Shown here: in pieces, positions 9,683 through 18,996 of the stretch
Layout of the letters: each line of letters begins with the position of its first letter
How positions within the stretch are numbered: the stretch's first letter is position 1
Virus record (IMG/VR): IMGVR_UViG_2874920711_000008
From: a virus
Lineage: Duplodnaviria; Heunggongvirae; Uroviricota; Caudoviricetes
DNA length: 19,828 nt
Strand: one strand, 5' to 3'
Notes under the pieces: generated by a model
Told to the model about the DNA's origin: nothing
Seen by the model: the letters and a program-made list of their open reading frames with translations, nothing else
Databases searched by the model: none
Translations under genes and position numbers: made by a program

Positions 9683-10953
9683 TGACAACGAGCAACGGTA
9701 AATGGGACGGGCTGCGCGACGCCTCGTTTCGTGGCGTCCCCTTCTTTCTGGTGGATACGGAGGGCACCGGTGGTCGTCGTGCCATTCCCCGTGCTTATCC
9801 CCGGCGTGAAACCGCCTGGACGGATGATAACGGGGCCGTTCCGGGGCAACAGCAGATTAACGCAAAGCTGCCAGGTAAAAACTTCCGGGATGATTTAAAC
9901 GCCCTTTTAGATGCGCTCAATACCCCGGCCCGGCGAGCTTGTCCACCCGTGGTTCGGGATACAGACCGTACAGGTTGGCAAGGTCACCCATCGCCTCTGC
10001 ACGGAGGAAGACGGCATTGCGTATGTCACCTTTGAAGTGTTTGAGGCAGGCGAGCGCCTGTTCCCGTCTGCGGCGGATAACACGCAGCAGGAAGTGCTGA
10101 CAGGCATTGATGCGGTGAAAGCCGCCATTGACGATGGCGACTGGTTCGGCGCACTCGACGGGCTGGGTGACATGGCCGACAGTTTTCTGGCCGATATGGA
10201 AAACCTTGTGGCTAACCTGCCCACGTTACCGGCAGCACTGAATCAGTGGATGGACAGGCTGAAGCATTTTAAGGCGATGGCCGGAACCCTCATTGCCACA
10301 CCGGGGCGTCTGGTCAGTGAGCTGTCAGCACGGGTGGAAGATATTGCGGGCCTTGTGACGGAACCACCCGAAGCACTGGCGGTTTACACGACATTACGCA
10401 ACCAGTGGGCCGGAGAACGTGCCAGGCAGATTGCCACCGGCGCACTGCCGGAAGATATCACCGTGAAGCCCGGCAGCGTGGCAGACGGCAACCCGGCTTT
10501 GCCATCGGGCTGTCACCGGATTATCAGCCGGTATCTGACAGCCTGCAAAAGAACATTGACGACTTCCGCCAAGTGGTTGTGCTGGGAGCCCTGCTGGGAC
10601 AGGCCAGTGCCGTGGCCTCGATGACGTTCGATACCCGTGATGCGGCGTTATCTGCCGGTGACACGCTGGCGGCTGAACTGCATGAGCAGGCGGTGGCGGC
10701 GGTGGAAAACAACCAGCGGACATTGTGGCGAACGCTGCGCGATTTACGGCAGGCCGTGATTACGGATGCCCGCGAGCGTGCCGCCCGTCTGCCGGAAACC
10801 CGGCAGGTGACGCTGACCACAACCACCTCTGCCGCATTGCTGGCATGGCGCGAGCATGGTGACACACGCCGACGGGATGAAATCGTGCAGCGTAACCGCC
10901 TGCGTCATCCGTCATTCATCCTACCGACGCAACCTGTGGAGATCACCGACTGA
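9682..10953 (+). pseudogene. N: DNA circularisation protein (Mu N-like), frame breaks near 9925 and 10490
   Basis: The N-terminus MTTSNGKWDGLRDASFRGVPFFLVDTEGTGGRRAIPRAYPRRE matches the DNA-circulation N-terminal family, and ...PGELVHPWFG... continues in the next frame. Three ORFs (9682-10035, 9911-10624, 10405-10953) join through breaks in CCCCGGCCCGG and AACCCGGCTTT. Confidence 0.75.
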
Positions 10954-12018
10954 TGGAATCCGTGATTCTTACCGTTGACGGCAAACTGTGGGAAGGCTGG
11001 ACGGAAATGTCCGTCAGCCGTTCCCTGAAGGCGATTGCCGGTGAGTTTGAACTCAGTGTGACAACCCGCTGGTCAGCGGCGGCACCGCGCGTGATTCGTG
11101 AGGGGCAACCCTGCACGGTCAGGCTGGGCGCAGATACCGTGCTGACGGGGTATATCGATGATTTTATTCCCGGCTATGAGGCTGAAAACGTGGAGATTCG
11201 CGTCATGGGGCGCGATAAAACCGGCGACCTGGTGGACTGCTCTGTGGTGCATTCGTCCGGGAAATGGAAAGGCGTGCGGCTTGAACAGGTGGCGGCTGAT
11301 GTCTGCCGCCCGTTCGGGATAACCGTCATCACGGAAACCCCGACCGGGGAGGCATTTGCGTCTGTCGTTCTGGAACAGGGTGAAACGGGCTTTGAACTGC
11401 TCGACCGGCTGGCAAAACAGCGCGGCGTTCTGCTGACGTCTGACGGCGCGGGTAACCTGATTATCACCCGCGCCTCTTCCGTTCGCGCGGGCGTGTCACT
11501 GGTGCTGGGAAAAATATCCTCGCCGCCCGTGGGCGCTTCAGCTGGCGGGAGCGTAACAGCCAGTACATCATCAAGGGCACCACCAGTGCCCGTGGCAAAC
11601 TGTGGGACAGCCAGCCTGCCCGATGGTGGGCGGTCGCCAGTACATCACCGAAGCCCCGGAAATTAACCGTTACCGCCCGCGCATTCTGGTCAATGAAGAC
11701 AGCCTGACCGTGGGCGGGCCAGCATTCGCGGGAATGGTACAAAGCCCGGATGCTGGGAGAGTCCCGCACGACGGAAATCACGGTGGCAGGCTGGCGCGAA
11801 CAGGGCGACAGCGGCCCGCTGTGGCAGACCAACCGCCTTGTCGATATCGACGACAGCATTCAGAACCTGAAAACCACCTGGCTGATATCCGGGGTGACAT
11901 GGACGGATGGCGCACAGGGAGGATGACGGTTCTGGCGCTGGTTCCGCCTGAATCACTGGACATGCCGGAAATGAAAGCGAAGACGAAAAAAACAAAGGCG
12001 GTGGCCACATGGGATTAA
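10953..12018 (+). pseudogene. P: Tail/baseplate protein (Mu P-like, gp44), several frame breaks between ~11500 and ~11930
   Basis: A 237-aa N-terminal ORF, then plausible protein sequence alternating between frames (ENILAARGRFSWRERNSQYIIKGTTSARGKLWDSQ; RQYITEAPEINRYRPRILVNEDSLTVGG; EWYKARMLGESRTTEITVAGWREQGDSGPLWQTNRLVDIDDSIQNLKTTWLISGVTWTDGAQGG; MTVLALVPPESLDMPEMKAKTKK). Stop at 12016-12018. Confidence 0.6.
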
Positions 12019-12544
12019 ACGCAATTGCCCGCCGCCTGCGACTGATGGTTGACCGCGCTGTTGTCCGCCTGGTGTCTGACGGTCTGGCACGGCAGAACCT
12101 GCAAATTCAGACGCTGGCAGATGCCACCGATGACGACGTGGAACGCTTCCAGAACTACGGGTTTACGTCCGTTCCGCCGGAAGGTTCTGAAGCCATTGTG
12201 ATGGCCGTTGGCGGACGGCGTGACGGGCTGGTTGCCATCGCGGTGGAAGACAAGCGATGTCGCCCGAAAGGACTGTCCCCGGCGATGTCAGGGTGTATCA
12301 CCGGGACGGCAAATCACACATCACCCTGAAGGAAAACGGCGTCATTGAAATCACAGGAGAACAATTAGACTTTTCAGGGAAAACGGTAAATCTCACTGCC
12401 GACGAACTGCTGAATATTATCGGTAAACAAATGAAATTCGTCGGTCCCTGTGAATTCACTGAAGATGTCAGAATCAAGGGTAAATCATTCAGCGAACACA
12501 TTCATAAGGACGGCGACAATGAGAATACATCACCGCCCGTATGA
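12009..12544 (+). pseudogene. Baseplate assembly/spike protein (Mu gp45-like), one frame break near 12250-12300
   Basis: ORFs 12009-12329 and 12257-12544 are co-linear and read as one protein (MGLNAIARRLRLMVDRAVVRLVSDG...PGDVRVYHRDGKSHITLKENGVIEITGEQLDFSGKTVNL...). Confidence 0.7.
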
Positions 12545-12991
12545 CGACAGAAATCCGCTGGAATAACATGCTCTCACGGGGTGACATCACCGTCACCCAT
12601 AACGGCCTCTCACGGGATGAGGGCTGGTCACTCAGGTTCTTATCTGCCTTTTCACCGATGCCCGCGCTGATGACGATGATGTCATTCCTGACGGCTCCGG
12701 CGACCCGCGCGGCTGGCCGGGCGACACGTACAGCGATTTTTCGTGGGTTCCCGCCTGTGGCTGCTTGAGCGTGAAAAGCTGACGGAAGATGTCCGCCTGC
12801 GCGTGGAAGATTACGCGCGGCTGTCCATGCAGCCGCTTCTGCGTGCCGGTTACGCCCGTAACGCCACCGTCACGGCCAGCATCATCATTCCTGACCGTAT
12901 TGCCTTTCTGGTGGTGTTAACCCGCCCGGACAAAACCACACTCAGAATCGAAATCACCCGTCGATGGGAGGCCACCATTAATGCCGTATGA
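12541..12991 (+). pseudogene. Baseplate protein (Mu gp46-like, GP46 family), two frame breaks
   Basis: N-terminus MTTEIRWNNMLSRGDITVTHNGLSRDEG, a middle piece in another frame (...DDDVIPDGSGDPRGWPGDTYSDFSW), and a C-terminus in the third frame (GSRLWLLEREKLTEDVRLRVEDYARLSMQPLLRAGYARNATV...). Confidence 0.65.
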
Positions 12992-13953
12992 AATCCCCAC
13001 GCTGGGCAAACTGATTGCCGACGGCGAAAAAGATATTGCGTATGAACTCGGCCTGCAAAAGCTGCCGCCTGTCAGTGTTGAGCAGGCGCTGAACGTGTCA
13101 TTCAGCAGTCAGGTCCGGGATTTATACGACCATCAGAGCTGGATTAAGGACCAGATAATCCCGTCCACCACGTCTGATGATGAAACCATTATCAAAACAG
13201 CAAAGTATGAAGGCGTTATCCGCAAGCAGGCCACCTTTGCCAGCGGGCGGGTGACCTTCACCAGTCAGTCCCCCTTCCGGCAGAAACCCGGATGCAGTCC
13301 GACACGAACCAGGTGTATCAGGTACTCACGTCCGGCGAGGTGCAGGACGGCGAGGTCACCGTCATCGTGCAGGCTGAAGAAGCCGGTGTGGAGGGCAATC
13401 TTGCTGCCGGTGCCGTACTCACCCTGCTGTCCCCGCTGCCCGGAACGGCCAGCACAGGCGCGGTGGCTGAAGGTGGCATCACCGGTGGCGCAGACACTGA
13501 ATCCATCGCAGCGCTGCTGGACCGTCTGCTGTATGTGCGCCGCAATCCACCGACAGGCGGCGCGTTGCATGACTACGTGATATGGGCGCGTGAAGTGCCG
13601 GGCGTCAGCCGCGCGTGGGCGTGGGATGCATGGCACGGCCCGGCACGGTCGGGCTGGCATGGCTTTATGATGACCGGGAAAACATCGTGCCAACCCGCGA
13701 AGACCTGAAGACAATGGAGCAGTATCTGTTCTGCCACAAACACCCGGCCACGGGCGTGATGGTGGGTAAACCGGGCGGCATTGAGGTCTGGCCGGTACAG
13801 GTCAGGCTGAAGAAAGTCAGCATATCCATCCGTCTGACACCGGACAGCCTGGCGAACAGGAGCGCCGTCCGGGCAAACCTGACCGCGTTACAGAAGACAC
13901 TGGCACCCGGTCAGACGCTGCCGGGCGGTTTACCTGTATTGATGGCGTCATGA
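12981..13953 (+). pseudogene. Baseplate J-like protein (Mu gp47-like), split into three ORFs
   Basis: ORFs 12981-13580, 13292-13708 and 13615-13953 are co-linear in frames 0, 2, 1; the real-looking parts (MPYEIPTLGKLIADGEKDIAYELGL...; ...EVQDGEVTVIVQAEEAGVEGNLAAGAVLTLLSPLPGTA...; ...LKTMEQYLFCHKHPATGVMVGKPGGIEVWPVQ...) follow one another. Confidence 0.7.
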
Positions 13954-14051
13954 CACCATTAATCAGCGAACGCACCCGTGAGCTGGAATGCCTGCTGAAG
14001 CATTACCGGCTGGCGGGCACGGAATATGAATATTATTACACCGGAGAATAA
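13950..14051 (+). CDS. Short ORF (33 aa, MTPLISERTRELECLLKHYRLAGTEYEYYYTGE) between the baseplate J gene and the fibre gene
   Basis: ATG overlaps the gp47 stop (ATGA); its own stop lies 3 bp before the fibre ATG. It sits where a Mu gp48-type gene would be but is far too short. Coding status is uncertain. Confidence 0.25.
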   Translation: MTPLISERTRELECLLKHYRLAGTEYEYYYTGE

Positions 14052-14162
14052 TTTATGTTTTATGTGGATAACCCGACGGGTGTGCCGGTAATGCCACCTG
14101 TCGCGGCTGAATTAAGCAAAACAACGCTTTATTTCACCGAAGGCGGGAACGGTATTCCGCCC

Positions 14163-14172
14163 ACGTATCCGG
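14163..14172. repeat. Left copy of the 10-bp direct repeat CGTATCCGGG (target-site duplication of the IS4-family element)
   Basis: Identical 10-mer lies immediately outside both CTGA...TCAG termini (14163-14172 and 15472-15481). Confidence 0.7.
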
Positions 14173-15471
14173 GCTGAGGGATCCCCACAAAATTACTGCT
14201 AATAAACCAGCACCATATTTCGGTAGGTTCTGGACAGATGGTTTAGAACTGTGCTCAGTACTGTTCGTCTTAAAATAAGTGGCGAGTGTCGAAGAACATT
14301 CTTCGCTAACGTCAGATATGAGATAACCCGCCGGGATTTAATGCTGTTAGCCTGATATTTCAGGTGTAACCCTTTATTTTCAGCGTGATAACCGAGTAAC
14401 CACATTACGATAGTGCTCAACGTTGCCAGCAGACTCAGAACCAGAATTCTTCCTGTTGAACGACTTTTGCTGGCCCGAAGACCAAATCCGAAGCGCCCGT
14501 TCTTTTCATCACGAAAGTTTTGCTCTATCTGCATTCGCCGACTGTATAACTTGATGATTTCTCGCGCTCTGAAGTCATTTGTACTGCTGAAGATCAACCA
14601 GGCTTCTTTTGCTGATTTGCTCTGTTCTTTGTCTGTTTTGTTTAAACCACTCTGACCTTTCGAACGTTTCTTTTTTCGCCCTTTTGCCGATTTCTTATAG
14701 GTGTAAAAATGCCCCCGGATGCTTTTTTTCCTTTCTTTAACCAGCCTTCCAGCCCCATATATTCCGGTGTTTTACATTCAGGGCTATCCGACACTTTTAA
14801 CCATCTTTCAGGCGCGTTATCGAGGCAATACTGAACGTTATTTCTGATCCGACCAATAAAATCCCAGCCCAGAGAAGTAATATGGTGAAACCATGCGCTC
14901 TGAAATCCAGCATCCGTGACAATAATAACCCTGGCATCGGGGGCAGGGATTGAGCAAGGGAATCAAGGAAATCATGTTGTATCAATGGATTATTTTGTTT
15001 TTCAGAAGGAACAACCTTACTCAATAACGGAATGGAACGCCCGTCACACAGAAGGCTGGCACGAAGAACATGATGCTCCTGGAGGGATAGCCACTCCAGT
15101 CTACGGCTATTACACATAAAGATAACTGCCGTGTCAGCATTGAAGTGATATTCCTGAAAATCATTGGAATATCGCGATGGAGCGCCTCATTACCCATGAG
15201 GCGATCAATACGTTTGCTCTTATTCTTAACTTGTGCATTACCCGGGAAAAAACGTCCGATACTGGTCAGCGTCAGAGATGCTCCGTTGATTAACGCCACT
15301 GTGGCATCCATCAGGGCATTTTGTCGGTACTGATGAAATGGTGCTAAGGCATCCCGGAAGAAATTCTGACATACTTTATGAACAGGCATAGCAGTGATCT
15401 CATTGAATTGTTGGCACAAATCAGTAGATCACATAATGCTATGTCTGTCTCGTTTTCTGGGGATTCCTCAG
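14173..15471 (-). mobile_element. IS4-family (IS10-like) insertion sequence, 1299 bp, inserted in the tail fibre gene
   Basis: Termini CTGAGGGATCCCC (14173-14185) and GGGGATTCCTCAG (15459-15471) are inverted repeats with one mismatch and resemble the IS10 outside end (CTGAGAGATCCCC). Flanked by the 10-bp direct repeat. Contains a minus-strand IS10-like transposase. Confidence 0.8.
14199..15389 (-). pseudogene. IS4-family (IS10-like) transposase, in at least 4 frame segments
   Basis: Minus-strand segments align in order to IS10 transposase: N-terminal (...TLTSIGRFFPGNAQVKNKSKRIDRLMGNEALH...VDWS), middle (...HVLRASLLCDGRSIPLL...VIIVTDAGFQSAWFHHITSLGWDFIGRIRNNVQY...) and C-terminal (...IFSSTNDFRAREIIKLYSRRMQIEQNFRDEKNGRFGFGLRASKSRS...). 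One break sits at a T7 run (14723-14729). Confidence 0.8.
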
Positions 15472-15481
15472 CGTATCCGGG
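15472..15481. repeat. Right copy of the 10-bp direct repeat CGTATCCGGG
   Basis: See 14163-14172. Confidence 0.7.
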
Positions 15482-16372
15482 GCCGGACTGGTTTAATATT
15501 ATTCAGTCTGAATTACTGGAAATACTCCGGCAGGCAAATATCAAACCGGATAAAAACACAACCGACCAGATTATGACAGCGCTGAAAAAACTGTTTATTA
15601 CGAACAGTGGTTCAGCCGGAGCTATTGCCGGATTAACCGGTCAGAATAATACATTCCCTTATTTTACCGGCAAAGACACAATGGCATTAACACCGCTCAG
15701 TGCGTTTGTGCGCAGTATTCTCGGGAAAAACAGCGCCAGTGAATTTATTAAAGCAATCGGCCTGTCACCAGACATCCTTTTATCAAAAGGACCGGTGACA
15801 GCATTAAGCAGTACAGCACAGGGCAATGCAGGACTTCAGATGTATGAAGTGTACAACAACGGCTATCCCACAGCTTATGGCAATGTTCTGCATCTGAAAG
15901 GCGCGGCAGCATCTGGCGAAGGCGAACTGCTGATTGGCTGGAGTGGCACGAGCGGTGCACATGCTCCGGTTTATATTCGCTCAAGGCGTGATACCACCGA
16001 TGCAGTCTGGTCTGAATGGGCGCAGGTGTTTACATCAAAAGACAGCTTCAACGCAGCATCCGCCACAAAACTACAGACCCCACGCAAAATTAACGGTACG
16101 GCATTTGATGGCACCAGAGATATCACCATCAGCAGCACCGATTCTGGTGCAGTACGTGATTTCAGATACACCAGCGAAGTGTTTCACAATCCCGGTGGTA
16201 ACGAAATTTCCTGGGTATTCCGCGCGCCTTCAGGGTGTATTTTGTCAGGTATTAACGTTCAGGAAACTGGCAAAAGCTCTGCGGATAACATCGGGGGTGT
16301 GTATTACAAACAAACTCAGATTTATATCAATGGCGGATGGCGCACGGTATCCGGCTAATTAAGGAGAAAATA

Positions 16373-16903
16373 ATGGAACTCAGAAACGTCACGCGTTATT
16401 ACCCGGAAGAAATGCCTTATGGTGAAAACATTCAGTATTTCCGCAGTGAAGACGGACAGGATTTTTATGAATCACTGGATAAATTCACGAAGAAATACAA
16501 ATTATGTATTCACCCGGAAACCGGCGTGATTTATTCAATGGCAGAAGACGTGTCTCGTCTTTATCCTGTTGGTTTTACCATTGTGGAAGTGGATGAGCTG
16601 CCGGAGGGTTTTGACATCGAAGCCAACTGGTATTACCGGGATGGCGAAGTACTGCCAGTTCCTGTTGATTATTCGAAACTGGCAGAAAAGCAACGTCAGC
16701 GCTTGCTGAATGAAGCAAAGGAAATCACTTCCGACTGGAAAACCAAGCTGGAGCTGGGCACCATCAGCGACGATGACAAAGTCCGTCTTACGCAGTGGAT
16801 GGAATATATCAAAGCGGTGAAGGTGCTGGATTTAAGCACTGCTACCGATGAAATCTCCTTTGATGCCATCAACTGGCCGGAGCGTCCCGATGCCGCAGCT
16901 TAA
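16373..16903 (+). CDS. Tail fibre assembly chaperone (Tfa; Mu U / P2 G-like)
   Basis: AAGGAG SD 7 bp upstream of the ATG at 16373; ~176 aa; directly downstream of the fibre gene; Tfa-like features (...PEGFDIEANWYYRDGEVLPVP..., C-terminal ...DEISFDAINWPERP). Confidence 0.75.
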   Translation: MELRNVTRYYPEEMPYGENIQYFRSEDGQDFYESLDKFTKKYKLCIHPETGVIYSMAEDVSRLYPVGFTIVEVDELPEGFDIEANWYYRDGEVLPVPVDYSKLAEKQRQRLLNEAKEITSDWKTKLELGTISDDDKVRLTQWMEYIKAVKVLDLSTATDEISFDAINWPERPDAAA

Positions 16904-18296
16904 AGGTGTGATTAAAACGCCCACGGGAGAACCGCTGGGCGGCGCAACCATTACACTGACCTCCCTGCACAACCGTGCAGGGATTCTGAAAGGCGTTTTC
17001 AGCCACGTCACCACACAGAGCGGGGAGTATGACTTCCCCGTTCTGCCGGGCGTGTACAGCGTTCGCCTGACACAGAGCGCACAACGCCTTTCAGAAATCG
17101 GTGTCATTCGCGTTTATGAAGATTCAGCGGACGGTTCGCTGAATGATTTTCTGGGCGCAACTGATATTGACCTGCGTCCGGAATCCCTGAAGAAATTCGA
17201 AGAGCTGGCGCAACAGGCGCAGCAGAGTGCCGGGGCCGCAGCCGGAAACGCACAGCAGACGGCGCAGGATGTGGCGGCAGCCGCAACGGCCCGTGATGAT
17301 GCACAACGTTTTGCGGAGAAAGCCCGACAGGATGCAACCGTCACAGCTGAGGACAGAAAGGCCACTGCGGAAGATGTGACAAGCACAGGAGCAAATGCAG
17401 CCGCAGCCGGACAGAGCGCACAGGATGCCGCAGGTTATGCCCGCGCAGCAGAACAGGCCAAAAATGACATTGATGCTGCGCTGACCGGCACTCTGAAAAT
17501 GGCTAACCATCTGTCAGAAATCGCAGCAGCAGGCGAAAAGGCACAACAGAAGTCCCGGGATAATCTGGGGCTGAAAAGTGCGGCCACGATGGAAGCACAG
17601 AGCGACATTTACGACCGGACAAAAGGCCGTCTGGCGATACCCGGCGCATTCGGCTTTGGGTGTGCTTTTCTGCCTGAAGATGTTATCCGTTTTGACACTA
17701 AGAGTGATTTCCTGGCCTGGGTAAGGAATGCGCTGCCAGGTGAGTATTCCGTTGCTGGCCCCTACGGCATCATCATACCCGACACACGGTTTGAAGGGGG
17801 GCTCAGCATCCGGTGGACTGATGCACGCCCTGAGACAACAGAACCGAGGTACAGAGCCAAATCCCTTACTTTTTACGGCATTAACGGCCCCATTTATCAC
17901 ACCCGCTACTGCTACTGGCCCATATCCAGACTGACTGGCTGGGTGAAAATAAATATAACCACAGAAGATATTATTTACAGAATCGTGGCGAGCTCTGTCC
18001 GCAACAGATGGGGAGACCCTGACATTGGCGGGCTGATTATTGCTGCGTACCAGGGAAAAGCTGACGGTGATAAAGACATCAGACTTGTCAGGGGGCGGTC
18101 ATACAGAGGCTCACGACTGGGACCGGTGGGGATTTCAGCGCCCTGTACTCCCACCGGAACGCATATAGTATACCCACAATATTTCATTACGGGATGTTCA
18201 GAGCATTCATTACCGGGGTCATATTGCGCCCTGTCCGGGGTGCCGGATACATATGTCTCTGGCGCAATGCTTGGGCTTTTTATTCGCACATCGTGA
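16890..18296 (+). CDS. Second tail fibre protein with a lambdoid Stf-type N-terminal domain
   Basis: Intact 469-aa ORF from the ATG at 16890 (GGAG SD upstream; overlaps the tfa 3' end). N-terminus MPQLKGVIKTPTGEPLGGATITLTSLHNRAGILKGVF...VYSVRLTQSAQ...IRVYEDSADGSLNDFLGA resembles prophage side-tail-fibre N-termini, followed by an Ala/Gln-rich stretch. Confidence 0.7.
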   Translation: MPQLKGVIKTPTGEPLGGATITLTSLHNRAGILKGVFSHVTTQSGEYDFPVLPGVYSVRLTQSAQRLSEIGVIRVYEDSADGSLNDFLGATDIDLRPESLKKFEELAQQAQQSAGAAAGNAQQTAQDVAAAATARDDAQRFAEKARQDATVTAEDRKATAEDVTSTGANAAAAGQSAQDAAGYARAAEQAKNDIDAALTGTLKMANHLSEIAAAGEKAQQKSRDNLGLKSAATMEAQSDIYDRTKGRLAIPGAFGFGCAFLPEDVIRFDTKSDFLAWVRNALPGEYSVAGPYGIIIPDTRFEGGLSIRWTDARPETTEPRYRAKSLTFYGINGPIYHTRYCYWPISRLTGWVKINITTEDIIYRIVASSVRNRWGDPDIGGLIIAAYQGKADGDKDIRLVRGRSYRGSRLGPVGISAPCTPTGTHIVYPQYFITGCSEHSLPGSYCALSGVPDTYVSGAMLGLFIRTS

Positions 18297-18306
18297 GGAA
18301 TGCACT

Positions 18307-18872
18307 GTGGAAATTAAAAAAATCATTAATCCCCGTTATACCGAAAGTGGCGCAGTAGACTGTGACGTTTTTTTGACGACAGGGACCAGGCAGTCCCCTA
18401 CACAGCCACCGCTGATGATGTCGCTCCGACGGGTCAGCAAATCTGGCAGGAACTGCAAAGCGGCAAATGGGGTGAGATAGCCCCATTCACTGTGACACCA
18501 GAAATGCTGGAAGCGGCCAGAGAGGCCAGACGTCAGGAAATTGAAGCATGGCGCACAGAACAGGAGGCGAAGCCGTTCACGTTTGAATGGAACGGTCGTA
18601 TCTGGGATGCTGGCCCCGACTCACTGGGCCGCCTGTCCCCGGTGGTCATGCTGGCAAAATCTGTCGCGGCACAAACAAATATGACGTGGAGTGATGCGGA
18701 TAATCAGCAGGTGCAGCTGACGACGCAGGAACTTGAGGAACTGGCCACAGCGATGATACAGGCCATTGTTGAGCGCAACGATGAGATTTATCGCTGTCAG
18801 CGGGAGATGAAAGAACAACTTTCTCTGTTGCCCACACTGGACGAGGTGAGAGCGTTCAGACCAGGCGATTAA
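18307..18872 (+). pseudogene. Tail fibre assembly protein with DUF4376-like C-terminus, frame break at a T7 run (18368-18374)
   Basis: GTG at 18307 after a GAGGA SD reads VEIKKIINPRYTESGAVDCDVF; after the T7 run the next frame continues FDDRDQAVPYTATADDVAPTGQQIWQELQSGKWGEIAPFTVTPEMLEAAREARRQEIEAWRTEQEAKPFTFEWNGRIWDAGPDS... to a stop at 18872. One extra T restores a single ~188-aa ORF. Confidence 0.6.
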
Positions 18873-18894
18873 ATAATCAGTTTGTATAGTTTAT

Positions 18895-18996
18895 GACGAT
18901 CGATAGAATCATATCGATCGTCGGTTTGCATCAAGTGTGATTAAATACCCCCAGCCCTCCGGGCAGCGATATCCTGTTATTACACTGGGGGAAATT
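18895..18996 (+). promoter_or_regulatory. Putative mom-operon regulatory region: GATC-containing palindrome (18904-18931) plus a C/G-rich segment upstream of com
   Basis: Perfect 11-bp inverted repeat GACGATCGATA/TATCGATCGTC around a 6-nt spacer holds two GATC sites (18907-18910, 18925-18928); then CCCCCAGCCCTCCGGGCAGCGATATCCTGTTATTACACTGGGGG up to the com SD. Mu mom control is known to use Dam-methylated GATC sites and C-protein binding; assignment here is by position and analogy. Confidence 0.4.

Larger units (their letters stand above)
14055..16358 (+). pseudogene. Tail fibre gene (Mu S / P2 H-like) interrupted after codon ~39 by an IS4-family element; coding parts 14055-14172 and 15482-16358
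   Basis: GGAG SD then ATG at 14055 (MFYVDNPTGVPVMPPVAAELSKTTLYFTEGGNGIPPTYPG), which runs into the IS end. After the IS the same frame continues [17 protein letters not shown]...[26 protein letters not shown]...[13 protein letters not shown]. Removing the IS and one repeat copy restores a continuous ORF. Confidence 0.75.

Noticed and set aside
16337-16372. Tracked ORF start at 16337 for the fibre assembly gene
   Set aside because: That stretch overlaps the fibre 3' end and has no ribosome-binding site; the ATG at 16373, 7 bp after AAGGAG, is the convincing start.
17200-17560. Apparent tandem repetition (GCAGC / GCCGCA-rich) inside the second fibre gene
   Set aside because: It translates in frame as an Ala/Gln-rich stretch inside an intact ORF, typical of fibre shafts; not a CRISPR array or non-coding repeat.
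14055-18900. Invertible G-segment-like switch with a Gin/Cin recombinase
   Set aside because: Both fibre cassettes are on the same strand, and no recombinase-like ORF or long inverted crossover repeats were seen between the fibres and com.
18904-18931. Palindrome upstream of com as a Rho-independent terminator
   Set aside because: The stem is followed by GGTTTGCATC rather than a U-tract, and it sits in the expected promoter/operator region of the mom operon; kept as a regulatory candidate.
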